From Eubacteriales bacterium (GTDB lineage Bacteria; Bacillota; Clostridia; Oscillospirales; CAG-272): 35,962 nucleotides of DNA. A model generated the notes under the pieces. That model was not told where the DNA came from. It worked only from the letters and a program-made list of their open reading frames with translations, and ran no database searches. The translations under genes were made by a program, and so were the position numbers. Location of the stretch: NCBI GenBank assembly GCA_045646755.1, contig JAZRLJ010000137.1:1-35962 (forward strand), read 5' to 3'. Every line of letters begins with the position of its first letter. The first letter of the stretch is position 1. Shown one piece after another: positions 1 to 7,939 of the stretch.

Positions 1-1
1 A

Positions 2-175
2 GAGCTCTCAAATCCTAAGGCGATATATACTCTCGCCTGCCTCTACGAATTTGACAGAGGCGTACAGTCTGACAAATATAAAGCCTATTGCTTATACGAG
101 GAGGCTGACAGACTAGGTTTCTTTGACGGTCATTCAAAATACAAGCTAACTATACTTAAAATGCTAAAAAAGTAA
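2..175 (+). CDS. 3' end of a Sel1-like (SLR/TPR) repeat protein, truncated by the window start
   Basis: Frame 2 reads ELSNPKAIYTLACLYEFDRGVQSDKYKAYCLYEEADRLG...MLKK*, which matches the Sel1 pattern A-x-x-x-L-[GA]-x-x-Y-x-x-x-x-G-V-x-x-D-x-x-x-A-x-x-x-Y-x-x-A-x-x-x-G. Stop TAA at 173-175. Confidence 0.75.
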   Translation, partial: ELSNPKAIYTLACLYEFDRGVQSDKYKAYCLYEEADRLGFFDGHSKYKLTILKMLKK

Positions 176-209
176 ACAACTTGTTACAAAAAAGAGGTTT
201 AAACAACAA

Positions 210-2072
210 ATGGAACGCGATACCGTTTTTCTTGGAATAAAATTAGGAGAACATTCTTTTAATCCGGATAATATGATGGAGGAAATACGGACCAGAGCTG
301 TAGAAACGGGCAAAAGGTTTGTTTATTTCCGTCCGCAAGGCTCTCTCGCAAGCATACCCGAGGAGTATATTCTGAAGTGGGCAAAATACCTTAGCGAAAA
401 CGAAATATACTTCTTCGTCGGCAATACCGTCCAAGCGCCTCCCCCGGATCGAAAATGTCAGCTTTCAAAGGAAACGGTAAAAAAGATAAAGGATATTGCG
501 GGAAAGTTTTTTCTTGGCGATTCCGTCAGAGAGCCCGGTACAACCTACTCCGCAAAATCTCCCGGATATTTCACCACCGATACACACAAGGGCGATCCTG
601 CAATTATCAATCCAAATCTTCCTGATATGGAAAAGGCGCATGAGAATTATATCTCCACCCTTACCGCCTTTGCGAATACGGACCGCGAATTTGGTATGCC
701 TAACGTCCTCACAGTAGAAGCTACCACCCTTATAAAATACGCTCTTGAAGCAGGAATAGACATTCCGATTTTGGAGGTAATGTGTGCAAATCCTGACGAT
801 ATGCTTCCCAGTGTAAGAGGAGCTGTCCGTGCCTACGGCAAAAATTTCTTCGCAACTCTTATCGCGCACGAGTGGTACGGAGGATTTAAGCATAGCGATA
901 CGCTTAAACGAAAGCGCCTTGATCTAGCCACAAAGTTTATCTATATGGCAGGCTCAAACGTAATTATGCTCGAAAGCGGCGACGAAGCGATAGGATCTTA
1001 CGGTGAGAAACACGATGCCGATTCCGAGGTATGCGAGGACTATCGCAGAGTTTTCCGTAATATCGGCAGTTTTATAGAAAACGACGAGCGTCCCAAGGGT
1101 GGTCCAAAGACAAAGCTTGCTTTCGTCTTTGGAAATCACGATGCTTGGCCGGGATTCTGCCAGAGCTCAGTATGGAACCAATGGAACAGAGAGGAATGGG
1201 GACATTCCGATGCAGAATTTTCTTGGAGAATACTGAGAGAATTAAATAAAAAGCGCACGTGGGGCGACGTTCACAACTACGGAGAAAACGATCTCTCCTC
1301 CTGCCCTGCATACGGCACGTACGATATACTCCCAATAGAAGCCCCTCTCACCGTACTTAACAGATACGAGTATCTTATATTCCTAGGCTGGAACACTATG
1401 ACGGACGAGAATTTGAAAAAGCTCATTGAATACGCAAAAGGCGGCGGAAAAATTCTTCTCTCCGGCGCGCATCTTAATTACAGCGCAAAGAGACGCGGAG
1501 AGTTTATACCGCCAAACGAAAACCTTTTAAAAGAGCTGTGCGGAATATCCTATAAGGGAAGCACGTCAAAAACCAACTACGGAATTAAATTCCGCGAGAA
1601 ATCCGCAGAAGAAAAGCATCTCTATCCCGGCACTGCTAACTTTGTTTGCGATCCCGTTTACAGCGCAGGATACGTGGAGTATATGGATATCGAGTTATGC
1701 GGTGCAGAAATGCTCGCAAAGACTGCAGACTGCTTTAGTGACAGAGGCACGGGAGAGCACGTCGCAATTGTAGAAAACCGCGTAGGAAAAGGCGTGGTAA
1801 CCTTTGTCGCAAGCGTAAATTACCCCGGAAACCCAGCTCTCTATCCTATGTATACCGATCTTGTGCGTGAAATGGTAAGCTCCAGCGCGAGAAACTGCGA
1901 AATCAAGGTTATCGCCTCAGATAAACTCAGATATACGGTTTACGAGGGTAATAAAATCTATCTTCTCAACACCGATTACGACCTTCCGATTACTGCAAAA
2001 ATTATTTACAAAGGAAGAGAAACCCTCGTAACGCTTAACTCACTTGAGCTTAAAGCTCTGCCACTCGAATAA
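210..2072 (+). CDS. Putative glycoside hydrolase of unassigned family (predicted TIM barrel + GH42 trimerisation-like domain), paralog 1
   Basis: 620 aa, GAGG RBS, no signal peptide. Shares the motifs GIxLGE, FLGxxxxExG, EAT, LExM, AHEWYxG, LESGD, LIFxGWNTMT, GGGKxL and YLLNTD with the three ORFs at 4296-9760. The segment YEYLIFLGWNTMTDENLKKLIEYAKGGGKILL resembles the GATase1-like middle domain of GH42 beta-galactosidases. Confidence 0.6.
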   Translation: MERDTVFLGIKLGEHSFNPDNMMEEIRTRAVETGKRFVYFRPQGSLASIPEEYILKWAKYLSENEIYFFVGNTVQAPPPDRKCQLSKETVKKIKDIAGKFFLGDSVREPGTTYSAKSPGYFTTDTHKGDPAIINPNLPDMEKAHENYISTLTAFANTDREFGMPNVLTVEATTLIKYALEAGIDIPILEVMCANPDDMLPSVRGAVRAYGKNFFATLIAHEWYGGFKHSDTLKRKRLDLATKFIYMAGSNVIMLESGDEAIGSYGEKHDADSEVCEDYRRVFRNIGSFIENDERPKGGPKTKLAFVFGNHDAWPGFCQSSVWNQWNREEWGHSDAEFSWRILRELNKKRTWGDVHNYGENDLSSCPAYGTYDILPIEAPLTVLNRYEYLIFLGWNTMTDENLKKLIEYAKGGGKILLSGAHLNYSAKRRGEFIPPNENLLKELCGISYKGSTSKTNYGIKFREKSAEEKHLYPGTANFVCDPVYSAGYVEYMDIELCGAEMLAKTADCFSDRGTGEHVAIVENRVGKGVVTFVASVNYPGNPALYPMYTDLVREMVSSSARNCEIKVIASDKLRYTVYEGNKIYLLNTDYDLPITAKIIYKGRETLVTLNSLELKALPLE

Positions 2073-2082
2073 AAATAAAAAA

Positions 2083-2128
2083 GAAGCTATCCTCGGCTGC
2101 TCTATGGCAGTTTTTAAAGGATAGCTTC
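2083..2128. terminator. Compound hairpin, probable bidirectional terminator between convergent genes
   Basis: GAAGCTATCCT (2083-2093) pairs with AGGATAGCTTC (2118-2128), with an inner CTGC/GCAG stem. A-tract upstream, T-rich downstream. Confidence 0.65.
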
Positions 2129-2142
2129 CTTTCATTTATATT

Positions 2143-2994
2143 TTAGTAAAACATTCCCTTGCCTTTTTCGTATTCGGAGGGGGTTATTCCGGTAAGCTTT
2201 TTAAAGGTTTTGGAAAAATAATGTAGCGAAGAAAACCCAAGACAGTCTGATATCTCGGTAAAGTTCATTTTTCCCTCCGAGATAAGCTCCTTTGAGCGCT
2301 CTATTTTAAGAGTGGTAAAAAAGCTTTTTACTCCACCTCTTTCCTTGAAAATCTGCTTTAGCTTCGAAAGACATATAGAATTTTTATCGGCTATCTCCTC
2401 GGCTGACAGATTTTCAGAAATATGCTCCGTAAGAAATTCTCTCACAGAATGAAATTCAGCGTCGCGACGGGAGGAGCTTTCATTTCTTGGCTTAGCATAG
2501 CATCTATGAAGGTCGAGAAGAAAGAGCTCAAGACGTTTTTTGAAGATTTCAAGCTCATACTTGTCCGCCCCGTCAACGATTATCATTCCGCTGATATTTC
2601 CGCCCTTCTCTCTCCTTCGGAAAAGCCTGAGTCCGATTTCTGCGATTTCACAGAATTCTCTCTCCTGACTTTCTGTCAGATGAATAGGTATACCATAAAT
2701 GTCCGGCAGTATAGGCGATGAGGACTCAAAGCTTATAATCAGAAGCTCACTGTCAGACGGACCGGGAGATTTATGAAATGTGCCGGGGGGTATTATGGAT
2801 AGATATCCTTTCGCCGAAATAGTTTCCCTACCGTTGCTCATTCCACGGTGAACACCTCTTGATACATAACTTATCTCCGGGAAAGCATGAGATTCTCCTA
2901 TTCCAACACCCATTCTATTGAAATCCACCCTGAGCACCGTATATATTCCGTCTACCGTAATTTGACTTGGCAGGGGCGCGCTGACGTATATCAT
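2143..2994 (-). CDS. AraC/XylS family transcriptional regulator with N-terminal cupin sensor
   Basis: N-terminal GESHAFPEISYVSRG cupin motif. C-terminal AraC HTH signature: ISDCLGFSSLHYFSKTFKKLTGITPSEY. Confidence 0.93.
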   Translation of the reverse strand: MIYVSAPLPSQITVDGIYTVLRVDFNRMGVGIGESHAFPEISYVSRGVHRGMSNGRETISAKGYLSIIPPGTFHKSPGPSDSELLIISFESSSPILPDIYGIPIHLTESQEREFCEIAEIGLRLFRRREKGGNISGMIIVDGADKYELEIFKKRLELFLLDLHRCYAKPRNESSSRRDAEFHSVREFLTEHISENLSAEEIADKNSICLSKLKQIFKERGGVKSFFTTLKIERSKELISEGKMNFTEISDCLGFSSLHYFSKTFKKLTGITPSEYEKGKGMFY

Positions 2995-3146
2995 TTTTAT
3001 CCTACCTCCTGTAAATACACCAAAAATACAAATTTTATGCCGATTTTACTAAATACAATAGGTTTTATTTGTGCTAAAATGACCTTACAGAGCAAGTATA
3101 ACACCAAGATTTGCTTCTGTCAATACCTTTATGAGAGGAAATTAAA

Positions 3147-4217
3147 ATGGATTTTTTAAGACTTGGCCTTATAGGCTGCGGAAAAATGATGGGTAGCCAC
3201 GTAGTAGGCGTAAAGTACGTTGATAACGTAGACATCGTTGCGGTATGCGACATAGTCAAGGAAAACGCTGAAGAGGTAGCAAAGGAGCTTGGCAATAATC
3301 CCAAGGTTTACACCAACTACAGAGATATGGTTGACGACGTAGACGCGGTTATGATTGCCCTCCCCCACGACCTTCACTACGAGTGCGGAATGTTCTTTGC
3401 CTTCCACGACAAGCACATACTTATGGAAAAACCTCTTTGCAACACCGAGGAAGAGTGCCTTAGCCTTATAGCTGAGTGCGAGAAGAGAAAGCTTAAGCTT
3501 ATGTGCGCTTACCCCGTACCCTTCTGGCGCGGAATAGTTAAGCTCAAGGAGCTTGTTGACTCGGGCGAATACGGAAAAATTATGCAGATGTCCATCTGGA
3601 CCGAGCAGCTGACTCAGCCTGACATCACGAAGGTCAACGTCTGGGGCGCAACCGCAAGAATCGGCGGCGGTCAGCTCTTCAGCCACGGCTGTCACTATAT
3701 CGACCTTCTTCTCCGCTTCCTCGGCAATCCCATTGAGGGCGCGCACGTAGGAACAAGAATCGGCACTCCCGGACTTCTCAAGGAGGGCACGAGCGCTCTC
3801 GTTATGAAGTTTGAGAACGGTGCTCTCGGCTATCACGGAGCAACCTGGGGAGCTAGAGGCTCAAGAATGTCCTACGACTTCCAGATTATGACCGAAGCGG
3901 GACTTCTCGACTACGAGCATGCATCAGGAGAGATAAGATTCTACAACGGAAACGGCGAGCACAAGCCCGATGGCGGCTCTGAAAGACAGCAGTATAACGT
4001 TATCTGGAAGAGAGAGGAACAGCTCGGCAAGGCTACTCAGTACGAAATCCGTCACTTTACCGACTGCGTTCTTAACGACAAGACTCCCCTCACCGACGGC
4101 AAGGTTGCTATCCAGAGCCTCAGAGTTATCTGGGAGCTTTACGACGCGGAAAAGAACCACAGACTCGCAAACCTTCGCGGCCTTGGACTTAACGACTTCG
4201 ACAAGAAGAGAGATTGA
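3147..4217 (+). CDS. Gfo/Idh/MocA family NAD(P)-dependent oxidoreductase
   Basis: Rossmann GLIGCGKM, ALPHDLH, HILMEKP and GGGQLFSHGCHYIDL motifs. GAGG RBS. Confidence 0.92.
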   Translation: MDFLRLGLIGCGKMMGSHVVGVKYVDNVDIVAVCDIVKENAEEVAKELGNNPKVYTNYRDMVDDVDAVMIALPHDLHYECGMFFAFHDKHILMEKPLCNTEEECLSLIAECEKRKLKLMCAYPVPFWRGIVKLKELVDSGEYGKIMQMSIWTEQLTQPDITKVNVWGATARIGGGQLFSHGCHYIDLLLRFLGNPIEGAHVGTRIGTPGLLKEGTSALVMKFENGALGYHGATWGARGSRMSYDFQIMTEAGLLDYEHASGEIRFYNGNGEHKPDGGSERQQYNVIWKREEQLGKATQYEIRHFTDCVLNDKTPLTDGKVAIQSLRVIWELYDAEKNHRLANLRGLGLNDFDKKRD

Positions 4218-4235
4218 TTCCAAATATTCAAATAG

Positions 4236-4267
4236 AAAAGGAAGAGATTTTCACATCTCTTCCTTTT
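4236..4267. terminator. Bidirectional rho-independent terminator
   Basis: AAAAGGAAGAGAT-tttcac-ATCTCTTCCTTTT perfect 13-bp inverted repeat between convergent genes. Confidence 0.85.
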
Positions 4268-4295
4268 GTTTTTCTCCAAAAACGTAAATGTAATT

Positions 4296-6092
4296 TTACA
4301 TTTTTATGTGTTTTATCTCGCAAGGAGCAAGAATTATATCTTCTGTCTTTCCGCATTTTTCAACTCTTGCAAAGGCAGGAATGTCAAAATCGGTATTAAG
4401 AAGATAAACGTCGCCTCCCTCATAAACCGAGTATCTTATCTTATCCGAAGCAAGAACTTTTACCTCAGCCTCTCTTGCAACGGAGCTCATAAGCTCACGT
4501 ACTACGGTACGATAGACGTCGTATGTCTGACCTGCTCCCGGATAGTCAAGAGAGGTGAGAAGAATTGCAAGACCCTCTCCCACTTTGTTCTCTATCATAG
4601 CGGGTGCGCCCTCGGAATTCGTCTTTTCATTAAAGCTGTCGCTAAGAATCGCCGCGGGCACGGCAGTACCAAGCTCAATTGAAGCGTAATTTGCATACCC
4701 AGAAGAGAAAAGCGGGTCGAAGACCTTGTCGGCAGGGTAGATAATATCCTCGCTTAAACTCTTAGTGAACTTAACTCCCGCATTAGTCCTACGGGGAGCA
4801 TCGGCAGAAATCTTACAGCCGAAGAGCTCGGTTAAGTCGCCCCCGTTTATAAATGAAATCTCACCATTACGCTTGTCGGAGGTATTGAGGTGAGGGGCAC
4901 ACATAAGAAGCTTTCCGCCACCCTTCACGAAGGAAACGAGAACTCTGTAAATTTCCTCCGTCATCGTATTCCAACCGGTGAAAATGAGGGTATCGTAATT
5001 CTTTACGTTTTCCTCGGTCAGATATCCTGCGTTTACTATGTCGTACGGCACAAATCCGCTAAAGTCCCTATCGCCAAAGTTATGCACGTCACTCCAGCTT
5101 CTCTTGTTTACAACGTCCAAAAGAATTTTGTTTGTAAACTCTGGCGCGCCATATCCCCACGCCTCGTCGTTTACGTTATTAAAAAGCGCGCTTCCCGCAT
5201 TCCAAGGGCTCCAGCCGTCAAGATTTCCCTGCACAAAGGCAATCTTTACGTCAGGCATAGCTGCGGGGCGCTTATCCTGTTCCACGAAATCGGTAAACTC
5301 GTCAAGTGTTCTGCGATAGAAAACAGGAAGCTCTCCGTCATATCCCTGCTCCATTCCATGACTATACATAGAGAGGTCGCCACTCTCGAGGATAACTGCG
5401 TTTGCTCCGTTCATATAAGAATGATTGTAAACCATTCTAAGTCTTTTCCTCTTGAGCTCATCGTCGTTATAAACTCCCGCATACCACTCGTGCGCGATGT
5501 AGTTCATATAGGGCTTGCCCGTAATTCTTGCCGCACCTCTGATAAGGGGAGTCATTATATCAACGTTTCCACACATCGTTTCAAGCGAAAACATAGAAAC
5601 GCCAACGTCGGTAAGATACGATAGAAGCGAGGTTGCCTCTGTAAATGTAAAGCCGATATCCTCAGGATAACCGTAAGCGTCACGCGCCGCCTTTACAACC
5701 TTGATAAACTCACTTTTTCCCTCGCTGAGTCTCTCGTAATTATGAAAATGGGGAGAGTGCTTATATCCCTTACCCGCGCAACCGAATATAGTGCCAAGCT
5801 CGGGAAGCTCTATGCCAAGGAAATATTTTCCCGCTATTCTCTTTATCTCGGAGACCGCAAGCACAGAAAACGGAGATGGCTCATACTGTCCCCACGCGAG
5901 ATGGAAGTATATCTTATTGTCCGCAAGATACTTTGCCCACTCGTAAAACTTTTCGTCGGGAACGTCAGTTCTTCTTACCGATATAGCGGTGTAATTTTTT
6001 CTACCCTTGACGCACTTCTCGTAGATTTCGTCAATGAGAGTTTCGGGGTCTATTCCGTACTCTCCAAGTCTGATCCCGTTAAGAAACTCCAT
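4296..6092 (-). CDS. Putative glycoside hydrolase of unassigned family, paralog 2
   Basis: 598 aa. Motifs GIRLGE, PELG, EAT, LETMCG, AHEWYAG, LESGD, LIFTGWNTMT. Last gene of a three-gene tandem operon. Confidence 0.6.
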   Translation of the reverse strand: MEFLNGIRLGEYGIDPETLIDEIYEKCVKGRKNYTAISVRRTDVPDEKFYEWAKYLADNKIYFHLAWGQYEPSPFSVLAVSEIKRIAGKYFLGIELPELGTIFGCAGKGYKHSPHFHNYERLSEGKSEFIKVVKAARDAYGYPEDIGFTFTEATSLLSYLTDVGVSMFSLETMCGNVDIMTPLIRGAARITGKPYMNYIAHEWYAGVYNDDELKRKRLRMVYNHSYMNGANAVILESGDLSMYSHGMEQGYDGELPVFYRRTLDEFTDFVEQDKRPAAMPDVKIAFVQGNLDGWSPWNAGSALFNNVNDEAWGYGAPEFTNKILLDVVNKRSWSDVHNFGDRDFSGFVPYDIVNAGYLTEENVKNYDTLIFTGWNTMTEEIYRVLVSFVKGGGKLLMCAPHLNTSDKRNGEISFINGGDLTELFGCKISADAPRRTNAGVKFTKSLSEDIIYPADKVFDPLFSSGYANYASIELGTAVPAAILSDSFNEKTNSEGAPAMIENKVGEGLAILLTSLDYPGAGQTYDVYRTVVRELMSSVAREAEVKVLASDKIRYSVYEGGDVYLLNTDFDIPAFARVEKCGKTEDIILAPCEIKHIKM

Positions 6093-6102
6093 TCTAATCC
6101 TC

Positions 6103-7923
6103 TTAGATTTTAATATGCTTTATCTCACAGGGAGCGAGAGTCACCTCTACAGTCTTGCCGTTCTTCTCAACTCTTGCATACGAAGGAACGTCAAAGTCGG
6201 TGTTAAGAAGATATACGTCCCCGCTCTCGTATACCGTGAAACGCACTCTGTCGTTTGCAAGGACCTTCACGTCGGCAGTCTTGTGGCTTGCTCTGAGAAG
6301 CTCACGCACTACCGTTCTGTATATATCATAGGTCTGTCCCATTCCCGGATAATCAAGAGAGGTAAGAAGAATTGCGTATCCCTCTCCGAGCTTATTTTCA
6401 AGGAGAGCCACGTTTTTGTCAACGTTATTTTTCTCGGAGAAGCTAGTGCTGAGAATTGCCACGCCCTTAGCGCCGTCAAGCTCACACTTAGCGTATCTTG
6501 CGTATCCCGAGGAAAGAAGCGGGTCAAAGCTGGTCTTATCGTAAGGATATCTTATATCCTCGCACTGACTTTCATAGAATTTAACGCCCGCGTTTGAAAC
6601 ATGAACGTTCTTGTAGTCAAGTCTTGCGCCGAAGAGCGCGGAGAGGTCTCCGTCTCTTATCAGATTTATCTCGCCGTTTCTCTTCTCACTTGTATTGAGG
6701 TGAGAAGCGCACATAAAGAGCTTTCCTCCGCCCTTCACGTAAGAAATAAGCTTCTCATATATTTCCTCGGTCATTGTATTCCAGCCGGTAAAGATGAGGT
6801 AATCGTATTTATAAAGATCCTCTGCACTGACAAGACCAATATTAACCATATCGTAAGTGCCGTAACCGGGAGCTCCACTCAAGTCCTGCTCACCGAAATT
6901 GTTTACGTCACACCAACGGCGCTTAGTACCAAGCTCCGAGAGGATTTTATAGGTAAACTCGGGCGCGCCAAATCCCCAGTCCCTATCGTTTACGTTGTTG
7001 AAAACAGTGCTTCCCGCTCTGAAGTTGCTGTATCCGTCAAGATTACCCTGAACGAATGCAACCTTGGTTATGGGATAAGCCTCGGGGCGCTCGTCTGTTT
7101 CAAGAAAATCAGAGAATTCGTCAAGAGTTCTGCGGTAAAACTGAGGAAGCTCGTGGTCGTAGCCTACTTTGAGTCCGTGGCTTGACATACATAGGTCGCC
7201 GCTCTCAAGAATTATTCCTGCAGAGCCGTTCATATACGAATAATCGTACGCCATACGAAGCCTCTTCTTCTTGAGCTCGTCCTCATTATGAACGCCTGCG
7301 TACCACTCGTGCGCTACGTAGTTTATATATCCCTTGTCGCCCTTCGCCTTTGAAGTTCCTCTAACGAGAGGGGTAAGCTCCTCAACGTCGCCGCACATCG
7401 TCTCAAGCATGAGCATACCGGGGCCTGTCTCGGGTATGTAAGAGATAAGGTTAGTCTGCTCTACTACACCGACCTCGAAATCGGGGAAAAATCTGAGTCT
7501 GTCCATTCTCTCGTGCAGAAGACTAAAGAATCCGTCCACACCCTCACTCATATTTTCATAGTTATGATGATAATTCTTCTTTGTGTATCCGTATCCCGAG
7601 CAACCGTAAATATTTCCAAGCTCAGGAACGAAAACTCCGAGAAAATGCTCTCCCGCAACCTTTCTCATTTCAGCTGCGGTTTCAGCATTAAAGGGAATTC
7701 TGAACTTCATATTTCTTGAGCAGGCAAAATGGAAATATATGTCGTTTTCTGCCATATACTTTGCCCAGGAAATAAACTTTTCGGGTTCTATTTCCTCGTC
7801 TCTGTAAACAGCTATAGCCGTGTAATTTTTTCTTCCCTCAACACATTTTTCGCGTATTTCGTCAATTACCGTATCGGGATTTAATGCGTATTCGCCTATT
7901 CTGATTCCGTTAAGAAATTTCAT
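6103..7923 (-). CDS. Putative glycoside hydrolase of unassigned family, paralog 3
   Basis: 606 aa. Same motif set, with EQT in place of EAT. 10-bp gap to paralog 2 contains a GAGGA RBS. Confidence 0.6.
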   Translation of the reverse strand: MKFLNGIRIGEYALNPDTVIDEIREKCVEGRKNYTAIAVYRDEEIEPEKFISWAKYMAENDIYFHFACSRNMKFRIPFNAETAAEMRKVAGEHFLGVFVPELGNIYGCSGYGYTKKNYHHNYENMSEGVDGFFSLLHERMDRLRFFPDFEVGVVEQTNLISYIPETGPGMLMLETMCGDVEELTPLVRGTSKAKGDKGYINYVAHEWYAGVHNEDELKKKRLRMAYDYSYMNGSAGIILESGDLCMSSHGLKVGYDHELPQFYRRTLDEFSDFLETDERPEAYPITKVAFVQGNLDGYSNFRAGSTVFNNVNDRDWGFGAPEFTYKILSELGTKRRWCDVNNFGEQDLSGAPGYGTYDMVNIGLVSAEDLYKYDYLIFTGWNTMTEEIYEKLISYVKGGGKLFMCASHLNTSEKRNGEINLIRDGDLSALFGARLDYKNVHVSNAGVKFYESQCEDIRYPYDKTSFDPLLSSGYARYAKCELDGAKGVAILSTSFSEKNNVDKNVALLENKLGEGYAILLTSLDYPGMGQTYDIYRTVVRELLRASHKTADVKVLANDRVRFTVYESGDVYLLNTDFDVPSYARVEKNGKTVEVTLAPCEIKHIKI

Positions 7924-7939
7924 TTTTTCTCTCCCCCTC

